DNA of 64,000 bases from the human T2T-CHM13v2.0 reference genome, Homo sapiens: the NCBI RefSeq assembly GCF_009914755.1, contig NC_060929.1; one strand, 5' to 3'. The stretch's first letter is position 1. Each line of letters opens with the position of its first letter. This document shows, in pieces, positions 47,485 through 61,747 of this stretch. The notes beneath the pieces were generated by a model. It had not been told where the DNA came from and did not search any database. It was given only the letters and a program-made list of their open reading frames with translations. The translations under genes were made by a program, and so were the position numbers.

Positions 47485-49709
47485 CACCACATCCCCGGGG
47501 CACATAACAGCATGTGTGCAGGGTTTCTAGATGATATGACCCTAGCTTCTGCTTTTTAACTTTTGGGACCTAAGTCTCCTCAATTCTAAAAATGACTACT
47601 TTTCCAGAGACTCTCTGGGTTGCTCACCCAACTTTTCTCTTTACCTTACTTAGCTTCTTTATGATAGGAAAAATGCCAAAAAAAAAAAAAAGAATCTCAG
47701 CTGAATAAGCCCTAACAACAAATCTGTGTGGGGAACTTTGAAATATGATTTAGAACCACAAAAGCCAGTTGTTTATTTTGAATCAAGTCAGCAGATTGTC
47801 ATGCTTAAGGCAATATATGTACAAAGCTCTTTGGAAGTTAAATTTGTTTTATTATAATAGCAAGTGTTTTTATCTTTTCTAACCCATAGGCAACTGATGT
47901 ATTTTTCTGCAGTCAGGTTGGGACAGGAGGCAATTTCAGATAAATTACCTCTTACTACACTCTTGAGACACCGTTCAAGCTGCTGCGTAGGAACTTGCAA
48001 GAAAGGGTATTTGGTGGATTCTTAAAGGGGACAGAAAAAGAAAATTTAAAGAGTCGTTCCAGTACAGTAGCCATTCAAAGAAAAGGGTTGGGTGAAGTGG
48101 TTTTTATATTCAGCCCCTATGTATCTTCTTCAGCTTGGGATTCAAATAGATTAGTAAGTGCTATGATAGAAATAAAAAATTGAAATCAGTGGGAAAATGT
48201 CAATTTTTCACCAAACAGCATTTTGAAATGTCTGTTCAGCAGGAGGCTGAAAATGTGGCTGTTCTACTGTACAGCTTGTGTAGATATAAGACAACCCGCA
48301 GCCCAGCTGAGTTTCTGTGCTCTTGTGTCTTCCCTCTGCTGTCAGACTACCAGCTCATTAGTATTTAAATTAGCTCATAAATATTTCCTGGAAATCCACA
48401 GTTGCTTAAGCTTCACCTCTATTCATCTCTTCACTCTCCTTCTTTAGTCTTACTTACGCCTTTGTTTCTTAGGCTGATACATTGCAGGAGGGTGGATCTC
48501 ATTACATATTAATCTTACTGATATATGGTGTTGAAAAAGGAAAGGAGGAAGCCCTGTTGGAAGATAAAGATGAGAAATAGAGAAAGGATGTAGAAGGAAA
48601 TTTTATTCCATTTCCTTTGTACAAATAAAATTATCTAATGATGGAGCAAGAAGTCTGTATAAAATAAGAACAGCCCAAAAGCATATGCCAAGGCAATTCG
48701 ACCTGAATAAATGTTTCTTTCACATACTCCTTAAAAGCTTTGAAACACAGACGAAACATTTCACTGGGGGCAGGCCCTGGATGTTCCCACTGGGGAAATG
48801 GTTGCATAGTTACCAAACCTCTTCTGTTCAACATGAGAGCTGTAATTCTAATTATAAAATAATGATGACAGAGAGGGGCCAGTTCCATCATGATATTCTG
48901 TATGTTCCTTAGCACTCTGCAAGAGTTCAACACTAATACCCACATACAATGCCAACAGCCAGTTCTTTTAAATGAGTGTGAATAAAATTTAACCAATGAC
49001 AATGAAAGAAAACAAATATATTTCATTGAATTTAAAGTTCCATTGATCAAAAGTGCCATTATTTTATATAAAACATTTGTAAGTGCTACCAATAAAACTT
49101 GGGTACATTATTGGTCATAAGTACGTCCTGATTTCAGAGATGTGAAAAAAATGTGAATCAGTGAAATATGTTAATTTTTAAAACAGGGTATCCAGGAAAG
49201 AATAAAGATTATTTGGTGGCTGTATGATTTGAAAGGATGTGAAAATAGTGTTAATCTCTTTAGCAGGAGCATGCGCTCTAAGAAGCAATCACTTTTCTAA
49301 TATCATATACTTGAGAGATATAAGAAGCATAGAGAAGCAAAACTTTTGGGAACGATCCTGACTGTTTGCACAGGCTGGGGACAGTAAGGGCCTTGTCATT
49401 AGCTGTCTCATGTCATTTGATCACGTGCTCCAAAGGTCTTCTAGAAATAAACTTCAGAATAAACATGGAGACCCGCCAGGCCCAGTCAATGAAGATATAA
49501 TTTTAGGCTAAGAGGTATCCAGTCCTATTAAGTGCAGTCTAGACAACCTAGGCTGGCATTCAAGGCCCCACAAAATCTGATTTAAAGCTTTTTTTTTAGT
49601 TTTTTCCTCTTTTGTTTTTCCATATGTAATTGATACTTCCACCAAATTGAATTACTGGACTTTCTAAAACCTATAGTGTATTACCTCAATCCCCTGTCTT
49701 TGTTTATAC

Positions 49710-49929
49710 CAGAGTTTCTCAACCTTGGCACTGTTGACATTTTGGGCTGGAAAATTTTTTTTTGTGGGGATGTCCTGTGCATTGTAGGATTTTTGGTAAC
49801 GTCTCTGGCCTCTATCCGCTAGATGCCGGTAGCACCTCCTCCCAGTTGTAACAACCAAATATACCTCCAGACATTGTCAAATGTCCCTGGGGGTAAAGGG
49901 AGAAAATTACCACTGGTTAAGAACCACTG
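49710..49929 (+). mobile_element. MER20 (hAT-Charlie)
   Basis: CAGAGTTTCTCAACCTTGGCACTGTTGACATTTTGGGCTGG...TAAGAACCACTG. Confidence 0.9.
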
Positions 49930-51814
49930 TATACAACCATGCTGGCATAGTGAAAGGATGCAAACTTTGGCATCAAATGTACATGAGTTGAACTCTAGCT
50001 TTCTGGGGTGAACATTTGAATTTGGGGGGCACTCTGTGCCCATTCCCTCTTTCTGATAGTAACTCATTTTCCTTTGGGGGAACAATATTTTTGTTCCACT
50101 GTATGTAGACTCGATGAAACTCTAAGTCTTGGAAACCATGTCTTGCCCACCCTTCTCCAAAGTGGAACTGAGCTCAGTCCATCTCATACTTTCTCCCAGC
50201 ACTTCTACCATCTTGAGCAGAATGATAGCAAGAATGGGAAAAAACTTTGGCGTGAATTGACTGCTAGATGGGATGGTTGTATCTGTGTCTATCCAATACT
50301 CTATGCTTGTATCTATCCTAACACCTGTCCCTTTTCTGATTTGGGTTTCTAGATTCCCATTCTCTCTGTATCCCAGTATCTCTCCAATTAATGACCTTTT
50401 AGGCTAAATATGCCAGAGTTGTTTTCTGTTGCTTATCTGCAAAGATACCTCTATTTACTAGCTTTGTATTTTGAACCAGTCTCTTCATATCTCCAAACCT
50501 GTGTTCCCTTTCTGCAAATTGAAAATAAAACTATTTACCTTTCAAATGCAAAAGATGCTCTCCCCATAATCTCTTTAAAATCTACCTTCATTAGTCTAGG
50601 TTCTGTGCTAAATCCTGGAGATGAATAAGACAAAACCTATGTTTTTATGAGACTCATTTTCTTCCAGTGACAAAAGTAACAGCAGGACTCAGACAAAAAA
50701 AAACAAAGCAAAAAAAAAAAAAAAAAAAAAGCAAAAACAGTACCAGCAGGTCAAACAGCATTGGCTGAAATTGGCCTTTATCCTCAGCACGGCTCCAAAC
50801 CACTTCATTTTGCGCTTACTCCTTGCTAATGGCCTCCCTCCCTCCTTTTCAGCACAGAATGCAGTGTTGGGAGGGGAGAGAAGGTTCCTGTCAAGGAGCT
50901 TTATGCATTCATTATTCTATACCCCCAGCCTGGCCAAAGCTGCTGAAGTGTCTGAGATTCTGCAGTACTGCTCTGTTAGCAGCAGGAGCAAATGAAAGAA
51001 TTCAGTGTCAGCATTTTCTGTTTCTCATCTGACAAACAAGGTCAGGTACTTCTTTGAACAACCCAGTTCCAATAGCTGTGAAACATAAAGAGACAAGCAG
51101 GGGAAGATTTTCCAGAAAGGCTGGTGGCTAGGCACAAGGTGGGTTTAAGTTTACAGCTTTTGTTGTGGAAGAGGAAAGTTCCCCGCATCCCAGGCATCCC
51201 TTTTTCAGAATGGGGAAAAAGAATCCGGGGTGAAAGGCTCTTTTGTACTTCTTTGCTTCTTGCACTGAAGTGCCAGGTGCAGACCTTGGTTCCCAGGGGA
51301 ATCAGAATGTCATTGCCATCCAGGTTTATGGCCATTAGTCCTGATTCTTACTGTTTGTCAATGCCGCTGAAAACTCTGAGCATTGAAGCAGATGAAAGAG
51401 AAAGTTCTACAAGCGGTTGGAAGAAATGGGTGCTCTGGAGGTCAGGGCTGAAGTGAGGAGTTTTGAGAGTTGAGGTTCAGGCTGTGAGGATTGTATCTCT
51501 CCCCCAGCAATCCTCTGCCAAGTGAGCCCTTTATATGCAAGGCAGTTTATATCTCACACACCTCTCTGTGCACCTTCTGTTTTTAACTCCCCAGGAGTAA
51601 ATTTTTCAGCCTCTTTCTTTATAGCAAATTACACCATTAATGTCATCCTGGCGAATGAAACAAGAGAATAGTATTTATCAGAGAAAGTCTGGTGAGTTGA
51701 AGTCCAAGACCCCAGGAAACAACTAGCCCTGCTGGGCTGCCCCTCCTTCGGTAAGTAACTAAGCACTACATATTCTGTTTTCTGTGGATTAGTTTCTTTT
51801 TTAAATGTTTGGGG

Positions 51815-52171
<357 letters not shown>

Positions 52172-53000
52172 TGACATCAGTAGAGACCCCAGATTTTCTG
52201 TTGGATATCTTTACCTGGATGCCCCACAATACCCTCAAAACTAACATGTCTTCAGACAATCTCATAACCTTCATCCATAAACTTATCTTTTTCCTGTTCC
52301 CCCTCTCTTAGTGAGTGGCACCACCATCCACATAATGCCTATCCAGACAGCTGGGAGTCACCTTAACCAATCCCTCTCCCACACATCCTGCCTGTCCTAA
52401 CATTCCATAGGTCAACAAAGCCTGCATCCTCTCAAAACTATCATCTGCTGTTTATCCCCACTGCCACTCTCTTATTCCAGGACTGTATTGTCTCGGGAAT
52501 TCCAGTAAGGAGAAAGACAGTCAGCCCCAAACAATATAAGTAAACTCAAAGTCACTTTCTATAGTACCTCATCCCCAATTGTAGTCCCCTCCTCAAGGTG
52601 AGTACTGGCTATTGCTAGGAGTTTGATGTGTAAGCCTTCTATTGTGTTTACATGCCTTTTCAGATATATTCCTGTACATACAAAAATATATGACTGAATC
52701 ACATAAATGTTCTGTATAAAATATCCTGCATTTAAAAATTTTACCCAGCAACTATATTGAAGGTATTTCCAAATAAGTATAAATAAATATGTTTAAATCT
52801 GTATAGTATTCCAGGGTGGAGGACATCTGTCCTTTTGCCAGAACCTTGATTTTCCCTTGGGAAATTGCCTCCTACACTGTTTGTTCATGTGACTCACCAC
52901 CTTACCTCTTCCCTTCAGGAGTGGGACTATATGATCCTCATCAGGCCAATCCACGTCACAGAATGGTCTAGGCATTGGATGAGTGCCTCAATCTGAGCCA

Positions 53001-53435
53001 ATGAAGGTCATTGCTGAGACATTTTACTGGTTGCCAGGCTGCAGGCATCCCAGGCTTCCTGCTGCCCTCATGTCTACAACCTGTCGTCTGGAACATTCCA
53101 GGAGCCACTTTTATCACTTGCAGCAATCTTCTTCAGTGAGTTCCCCAGGACTTGATTTCATCTTACAATCTGATTCCATGTGTCTCCCATATTTTAAGGA
53201 TTCTTTATTATTTCTGGCTTACAGAGAACAAACATTATTTTTTGCTTTCCTGGTCTGTTCTAGATTTTCAAAAATAACTCTGTCACTTCTGTTATATGGT
53301 ATCATTGCTTGTAATTATCTATTTACTTATCTGTCTCTGGACTGGACTCTTTACAGACAGGCAATAACTAATTATCTGTCTGTCTGGCATTTGGTAGTCA
53401 CTCATAAATCGTTTATTGCATTACTAACTAAATAA
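53001..53435 (+). CDS. Putative 144-aa ORF of unknown function, hydrophobic C-terminal half (de novo candidate)
   Basis: ATG 53001 to TAA 53435 inside the candidate terminal exon; no recognisable family; weak Kozak context and upstream ATGs. Confidence 0.25.
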   Translation: MKVIAETFYWLPGCRHPRLPAALMSTTCRLEHSRSHFYHLQQSSSVSSPGLDFILQSDSMCLPYFKDSLLFLAYREQTLFFAFLVCSRFSKITLSLLLYGIIACNYLFTYLSLDWTLYRQAITNYLSVWHLVVTHKSFIALLTK

Positions 53436-53514
53436 AAAAGTTGACCTTGCATTCACCTCCTCTGGATGTTTCAAGAGACTCTAATGCTTTTTAAAGTAAA
53501 ACTTTTTATACTAG

Positions 53515-53945
53515 TTTATAGTGGATTATTGTTGAGAAAATATTTACTTCCCCTATCAGAATTCTATGAAAGAAATACATTTCTTCTTCCTTGATGTTAA
53601 CCTTGGCCATGGGACACTCTTGGGCCAGTGGGATGTTAGTGGACAAGATGTGAGTGAAGACTCAGCATGTGCGTGAGGGTCAGGTTTGCCATCTCACACA
53701 ACTGTTTTTCTCAGTGAGAAGAACTTTCCTCAGACAGATGCTGGTTTAGGGAGGATGAGAGACACATGGAACAGATTTGGAAACAACCAATAGCTGAAAG
53801 CCAAGTTCAGGCTAGATAAACTGAACTAAACTTTATCTCCATGTGGGTGAGTGAGAAGAAGATGCTTATTTTCTGCCACTGAGATTTCGGGGGTGAGGGG
53901 GACATCATGACACAATATTGCTATGGCAATACCAGCTGAAGCACA
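53515..53945 (+). mobile_element. MaLR LTR (MLT1H/I/J-like)
   Basis: CTTGGCCATGGGAC..GGCCAGTGGGATGT..GCCACTGAGATTT..GGCAATACCAGCTGAA. Confidence 0.6.
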
Positions 53946-54503
53946 CCTACATCGGAATCACCTAGAGTGCTTGTTGTAAATGAGGTTTCTGAGCCCCAAT
54001 CTAGACCTAGTAAGTGATCATCTCTGGAGTGTTTTTAGAACTTTGTATTTTAGCAAGACCCTCAGAAAATTTTTACACTCACTACTGGGCTACAGACAAT
54101 ATTTATCAGCATGCTACTTTCAGTGGCAAGGAAAGAGCAGTAGGTTAGCACCCAGAGAGCTACTACATTTACCTACATAAAACTTCTGAGGGATGTAGCA
54201 CTGTAAAAAGGACAGGAAACGAGGTTTTCTTACCAAATCATTTAATTAAAGGAGTAGAAATTGAGAAACATAAAGGCACCTTGAGGTGATTTATAAACAC
54301 AGTGTTGCTCAAAAAGCTATCCTTTCACACAGGTATACAGTTGACATCATTTACTTAAATTTAAGGAAATTAAAACTAATCAGTCTGAGAACATCAATGG
54401 CAACACAATATTCATTATTTGAACATGTATTTAGTAAGGGCTTACTAAATACTAGGAATTCTGGAGAACACTGAAAAAATCAAATGTGCCTAAGATAGTA
54501 TTT

Positions 54504-54883
54504 GTCTGTCTGTTTTCCTTTGCTATAACAGAATACCACAGACTGGGCAATTTATAAATGATGGAAGTTTATTTGGCTCATGGTTCTGGAGACTGGGAAG
54601 TCCAAGAACATGGCACTGTCATCTGGTGAGTTATCTCATGGCCTAAGAGTAAAAGAGCAAATGAGTGCAAGAGACACAGAAAAATTTGTGGTCAAACTTA
54701 TCTTTTTATCACAAGCACACTCCTATGAAAACTAACCCATTCCCATGATAACAATATTAATCCATTCATAAGGGCAGAGCCCTAGTGACCTAATAACCTC
54801 TTAAAGGCCCCACCTCCCAATACTGTTATATTGGCAGTTAAATTTCAGCATGAGTTTTGGAGGGGACATTCAAGCCATAGTCA
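54504..54883 (-). mobile_element. MaLR LTR (MSTC/MLT1A-like)
   Basis: TTGCTATAACAGAATACCACAGACTGGGCAATTTATAAA...GGGGACATTCAAGCCATAG. Confidence 0.82.
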
Positions 54884-55558
54884 TATTTTCACCCAAAGAA
54901 TTTCCAGTCTACCTAGTCATGATCCCTCTGTGTGCAGGTGTGGGTGTTTGGGAGTTTCAAAGAAAATAGGTTATGCCATTCTTGCCTTCTAAATGCTTGC
55001 ATGGAATGACTTGAACACCTTTCTGATCATTTTTTCTCTTTGGAACCTACCTTGACTCTTGTCTCATGGAGGAATTATTTAAAGTAGATGACAAGACAAA
55101 ATTCTTTCTCCTTTTGGCTCTGAATTCACCTAAGCACTCTTCTCCCAGAATGCCTCCTAAGTGTACTGCATCCTGCCAGGAAATTTTACCACTCAGCTCC
55201 CATGTAGGAGGCCAGGGCTCCTGAACTCAGGCTCCACAGTTTTATTCTGGGCACAAGCATAGCTAATGAACAAGAAACATTGCAGTGGAGCACTATTATA
55301 ATCACCCTTTCAGTTCACAGAATTCATGTCTTGAGAAAGCATTTTCAGTAGCAGATGAAATAAGAAGATTGAAATTTGTAGGGAGTCTTACTCTGTGATT
55401 AATATGTTATAGAAACAAATATTGATTTGTTGTTTGTTCATCTGAAGTTTATCTGCTAACCTCAGAAGATAGTTTACTGAAGTAACCTTTGGTCACTGAC
55501 AATAGAGAACACCTGATGTACTTACATTTTTTCTAATAATATAACATCATGTACCTAG

Positions 55559-56233
55559 TGATAGAGGCAGGAGGCACACAAATGCCTAGGCAGATAGGGG
55601 CAGATCTGCAGTAAAACCCCACCTCCAAGCCAAAGACATTTTAAATCCTGAAAGCCAAGCTACAAGTCAAATCCACCAACTGGGTTGAGACCCTGTCTTC
55701 CCATTTGGTGTGCTTTCCTCTGATTGATCCCCACCCTTCACCTATTTTACAGATACCTACCATTCCCTAATTGGTTTTTTACACTGTCATGTCCACCTTT
55801 GAGTGGTGTCTTTGTTTTAACCTTTTTTTGCGTACTCACAAACCAATCAACATGCATGCCCCTATTCTGAGCCCATAAAAGCCCTGGACTCAGCCACACG
55901 AGGGGAGAAAAACCTCCTGACTCCAGGTAGTTGACCACCCTCACAACCCCTCTCCACTGAGAGCTCTTTTCTCACTCAATAAAATTATTCTCTGCCCCCT
56001 CACACTTCAATTGTCAGCATATCCTCCTTCTTCTTAGACAAAGGACAAGAGCTCAGGACCCACCGAACATGGGTACAAAGAAGGCTGTAACAGTGATGGG
56101 GCTGAGCCAGCCTCAGAGCCACAGGCCAGAACAGGGCTGAGAGGGCTGTTAACGTGCCACCATCCACCTGGGCAGGGTTGTCACCAGCCAGGGGTCTCCA
56201 GCTGGCAGAATGACCAAGAAGAATCCTGCGTCA
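55559..56233 (+). mobile_element. Complete solo LTR9-like (ERV1) LTR
   Basis: TG...CA termini, 4-bp TSD CTAG, CCAAT, CATAAAAG and AATAAA. Confidence 0.85.
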
Positions 56234-59200
56234 CTAGCAAATTGCCCTGTGATGTATTTCACATTACTCTTCCAAACCAAGGCTTTGTCCTGTGGGGCTT
56301 AACTTCTAAAAAAAATCTAGACTCATATCATAATGATGTCATCCTTATATAAAATTATAGAAGAGCCCTTGCTTTCTGAGCTCTCAGAGACAGTACTTCC
56401 TAACATACAAATTGCCTTCTAGCAAGGTTTGAAGCAGACATTCTTTTCCCAACTACACATGTTTTGCAATGACATTTAAAAAAAATGAATCCCACAATAA
56501 TAACCAGAGATTGTATTGTTTTATATTTTCTTTATAGTACAGTAATACTACTAGAGTTATCTCTCTTTTGAATATTATCATTAATTCCATTTTTTTCAAG
56601 TCATGTTGAAATAATCAATGCAGTTAAACAATCCCAGATAGACTTCAGTATGGTTTGATTTTTTAATGTGATTTAAATTCAGTTACAAAGCGTTTCACTG
56701 AAATGCCACTTATTGATTTGTGGCTTAAAAAGTTCCTTCTTGGTGACAGCTTAGAAGCCAACTTCACTGAAAACAACAGATTGTACTGGTTTCCTTTAGA
56801 TATTTACAATACTTCATCAAACCAGAGAATTTAATTGCTGTGAAGGGCGCTCTAGAGATTACCCAATCCAGCCCCATCATTTTGCAATTGAGGAGAATGA
56901 GGTTTACAAGAGAGAAATGGTAGCTGAACTACAGTTACACAAGTAGTTAAGAGGCAGAAGTGAGACCAGCAACCACTTTCCTGACTCCTGATCAATTCAC
57001 AATTTTATTTATAAATACTCTTATGACACTTTCATTGCTTCCAGTGTGAGTCAATTTTTTATAGTGGATAATCTGGAGAATATAAACTTAAAATACTCAT
57101 GTTATTGTTTTACTCTTTCTCCCTTTGAAGTACTAATAAATTCAAGACCTCTTCCTTGATGACCCCAACTTTTCCGCCTTAGTAGTCATTATTTAAAATG
57201 GAACCACTAATGACTTAGAAAAACTTGCATGGATCTCTGTATTGTTGGCCTTATCCAGACAAAGCTTCCATTCAAAGAAAAATAATGTTGTGGCTGTGGT
57301 CTGAGAGGGACCTGGAGCACTAATCTCACTGTGTTTGAACACGCTATTGAGTACATGATATCCAGCCATGACACAAAATCCTCTGTGCCTAAGCGACTAT
57401 GAAATAGTTGCACATAATTTACTCGAGTGAAATTCTTTTAACACTTGTTAGGGCAGGAAACTCAACACCCCACAATAATGACAACAGAGGTGGTGGTATA
57501 ACAGCTGGGGGTCACAGGCTTACTGTGGTGCAGGTCCAGCTCTCAAGTTACAATCTGTTCTGGGTCCAGCAGCAAAGGCCTAGAACAGTAAACACCCGAT
57601 TCAGTGTGAAACTGTGAAACATCCTTCCCCCAGTCTAGATAGTATTAATAGAACCAAATGATTCCTGAGGTCTTCCTGTTTGTTAGATTTTTCTGGTCTG
57701 GATGTCTTTCCCGTGCCAGTGAAGAATCAAGAGCAAGAGCACTACTGACAAGCAGGGCGTTGGATTGCACATACCAAGTGGGTATGGGAAGTGGGGAAGA
57801 GGTTGGTAGAGAACAGAGAAGGGAAACTTCTGGGTAGGGAAAGTGTGGGGTCCAGGTGCTAAAGCCAGTCCCATTTTACCCTGTCCTGATGACATCAGGC
57901 TTCTAATGCAGCCATTCAGGACTTCTGGTTGCAGCTTCAACGTGTAAAGGAACCCTACTTGGAGATTATCTTGACATGAGGCAGAGCAGGAAATTGAAGG
58001 GGGAGAGAGGGCTCTTATTGTGCCTTTTGGCACCAGGCCTGACGAGTCAGAGGTAGAGGTAGTAATTTTGTGGGAAAAGCTTAAGATAAGTGTTATGTGT
58101 TTTCACATGTCTTTTACAAATTTTCAGTTCAGGCGTGTGAAAAGTTGGGTTGGCCCTTACATTTACTGTGGCCTTGAATTCCATAGTCTTGTTCGGTTAC
58201 ATCTCACTGGAAAATTAATTCAATGTCTTTTTCTTCTATCATAACACAGATTTTCTTAGGCACAATGTATTCATTCACTTATTTATTTATTTTAACAAAT
58301 AATTATTGCTATGTACCGGCATTTCCTGGGTGCTGGGGATGTGGTAGTGATTATAGCTGCCTTTGTAAAGTTTACAATCCCATGGGGGAAGTGCACAATT
58401 ACACAAGTCATGACAATAAAGTGTATTAAGTGTTACAATAAGCAAAGTAAAGGAATGAAAAGCTGAAACACCAATCTTGTCTACTTATTCACTTTGTAAA
58501 TTGGGAATGATTAACAAAAACCTACTTTGTGGGGCTGGCATGAGAACCAGCTGAAATCATGTGGTTAAAATGCTTTGTAAAGTGTAGTGACTCTTAGTTG
58601 TACCTCCTAGTCAAATGCCTTATCTAAATAATTTAAATGTTGCAGAGAAAGACTGAGAAGAACACCCCTCTTATTTTGAGAGCCCAGACTCTGATTCCAC
58701 AGATATCAGAGGCCACCCAGGGACCAACCACCAAGTGCTGAACAAAGACACTGTACTGTGAATGGGTTACTCCCCATGAAAGCCCTGCCCCACTAGGTAT
58801 CTGTGTTTCAGAGCAGACCATAAGGCCACAGGCAGGAGACAGCCAAGTACAAGAGACAGAAAGGGCAATGCCCTACAGGTCTCAGCTCACCATGAACCTG
58901 CCAGGCTCACCTGCACCCTCCCAGCTTCCTACCTTGCTTTACTCAGCACTTCTTACAGTTGTAATCACTTATTTGTGTAGTCATTTTCACCAGTCTCTCT
59001 CTCCCCTAGTAGATAGCATGCTCCAGTAGGACAGGGCCCAGGGCTATTTGCTCACCACTGTACACTCCAGCCCCAGCCCAGGACTGTCAAATAATGCTGC
59101 TCAACTGATACTGCCTGAATGAATGACAAAATGCATGCTACTTACTTTGACTTACACCATTTGGGAAGTACAATTTTCTCTCTGAGCAATAGTTTCCACT

Positions 59201-59579
59201 TGACCTCTCTCAGTAATGAAATTCCTACAAACCTATTCCTAGGAGACAGGACAAGCAGGCTGAGGCAGTCACCTGGAAATGAAAGCTCAGGCCAAAAGGT
59301 GTCAGGGTAGTTACCTGGGGTCCCTTTCAAGTGCCTAGAGCAGAAGCTTCTAGAATCTTGCAGCCCACCTCAGGCTAGGAAACATTCTCAGAAATGAGGG
59401 AGACACAGCCTTTTAAAAATTAGGCAGCCTGAGGAGGCAGCTGGGCTCAACTCCCTGAGATGGTGAGGTCCTTTCTCTCAGGGCATCTTGCCAAAATCTC
59501 TGGTATGTCTTGCAAGGAAATAATAAATACTGTCTCTTGACTTCCAGTGTCTGTTTTTATGCCCTGGTTGTGGGCAGTA

Positions 59580-59891
59580 GTTTGTTTTGTTTTGTTTTAT
59601 TTTCTTGGGACAGGGTCTCGCTCTGTGGCCCGGGCTGGAGTGCTATAGAACAATCTCAGCTCACTGCAGCCTCCACCTCCTGAGCTCAAGCAATCCTCCC
59701 ACCTCAGCCTCCTGAGTAGTTGGGACTACAGGTGCATGCTACCACACCTGGATAATTTTTAAATTTTTTGTAGAGACAAGATCTTACTATATTGCCCAGG
59801 CTGGTCTTGAACTCCTGGGCTCAAGCAATCTTCCTGCCTCGGCATCCCAAAGTGTTGGGATGACAGGCATGATAAGCCACCACACCTGGCC
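59580..59891 (-). mobile_element. AluJ
   Basis: Antisense Alu; flanks TGTGG(G/A)CAGTAGTTT. Confidence 0.92.
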
Positions 59892-60457
59892 TGTGGACAG
59901 TAGTTTTAATTGGAAGGGAGAAAATGGCAATATGTTTCAAGTATGTGTGTTTTTACCCTGCTGTCTACTGACTTCCACAGAGGCTGTAAATTTTGAAATC
60001 TAAGCACAAGAAGCCTCTGTCAAGAGGCAATGACCTAACATTTTGGGCATCACTCCATGTCCACATGAAGAACATCCTTGGCAAAGAGCAGTTGTAGCAT
60101 ATTAGTGGTAAAAATAACAACCATTCTCCTAATTTTCAACTAAATATAACTCTTAATGGCTAAAGCACTGTAAGCTAATCAGATTTTTTTGACCTTCAAA
60201 AATATCAGTTTGAAAAGCAGTATTACCCATAACATACAAAGTCAGTATTAACTATGACATGAGATATTCTGGACTGCTGTACAATTACTTGTTTTATCAT
60301 TATCTTAGAATTCTGAGTGTTCCAATCTTTCCCATCGTGGAGTGAAGGGAGAATAAAAGAAATGGGATTTACTTTATGCATTTTTCTATATAACAAATTA
60401 TACATTGCATATGTGGTGAAAAAAGTAATGCCAAAATTGTCTTCAGTCTAGAGACAG

Positions 60458-60761
60458 AGCCAGGACTGGTGGCTCACACCTGTTATCCTAGCACTTTGGG
60501 AAGCCGAGGTGGGTGGATCACTTAAGCCTAGGACTTCGAAACCAGCCAAGGCAATGTGGCAAAACTTCTTCTCCTAAAAAAAAAAACAAAACAAAACAAA
60601 AAAAAGTTGGGCATGGTGGCATTCACCTGCAGCCCCAGCTACTCAGGAATCTGAGGTGGGAGAATCACCTGAGCCCGGGAAGGTCGAGCCCAGGAAGGTG
60701 ATGGCACTCCAGCCTGGGCAGCAGAGTGAGACCCTGTCTCAAAAAATAAAATAAAATAAAA
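60458..60761 (+). mobile_element. AluJ
   Basis: Diverged Alu with (TAAAA)n tail. Confidence 0.9.
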
Positions 60762-61388
60762 TGAGACTCAGAGAATGAGTCTAATAAGCAATGGAGAATA
60801 TTGCAGCCTTTTGGTTCAGGTAAACCTTCTAGGGGTACACAGAAGGATGGAGGGAAATTTAGGTTAGGCAACTGGTTCCTAAATGTTTTTGCCAAGCTGA
60901 GGCATGAGAGTGGACTTGTTGACAAATGAACCCTTCAGTAGACAATTGCCCAGTGAAAAACTGTTACTGATGAGGAAATGACAGTGGCTTAGGAGGTACA
61001 GTGTAGAGAAAGGGACACTGGGCCGGAAGAAATAGGTTAAAATTTGAACAAGTAAGGGAAGGAGAGGAGAGTTTAAAGGCAAAAATCATGCCCATTATGG
61101 TTCCTTGTCAAACTTTTTCTAATGAAACACTAAGATGACCATCTTGTCTGCAAATTTTATTCACTCAAGAATATCAGAATCAACTTCACTTTCCCCTAAG
61201 AGAGGCAATTCATCAAATCTCTCTCCTACACATCTTAACCAGGAGGCAGACTAGGTCAGGCCCCTATTATGCTATTTTAAGCCCCATGAATTTTTCCTTC
61301 ATAGCACTAAATAGGGGTTATAATTTGAAATTTATGTATGAGGCTATTTGATGAAGGTTACCCACCCCTCCCCCTCCCCTGTAAACTA

Positions 61389-61747
61389 CAGTTTAAGTAT
61401 CTCCTATCTGTAATGCTTAGGACCAGAAGGGTTTCAGATTTCAGGGATTTTTGGATTTTGGAACATTTCCATATATATAATGAGATATCTTAGAGATGGG
61501 ACCCAAGTCTAAAGAAAATTCATTTAAGTTTCACATGCACCTTATACACATAACCTGAAGGTAATTTTATACAATATTTTAAGTAATTTTGTACATGATG
61601 CAAAGTTTTGGCTGTGTTTTGAGTATGACCCATCACATGAGGTCAGGTGTGACATTTTCTACTTGTGGCTCACGTTGGTGCTTTAAAAATTTCAGATTTG
61701 GAAGCAGTTTGGATTTTGGATTTTCAGATTAGGGATGTTCAACCTGT
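61389..61747. mobile_element. Tigger4/Zombi (TcMar) MITE
   Basis: TIR-like CAGTTTAAGTATCTCCTATCTG ... CAGATTAGGGATGTTCAACCTG, TA-flanked. Confidence 0.8.

Noticed and set aside
48631-49092. 153-aa minus-strand ORF
   Set aside because: Non-ATG start, AT-rich composition, no homology recognised
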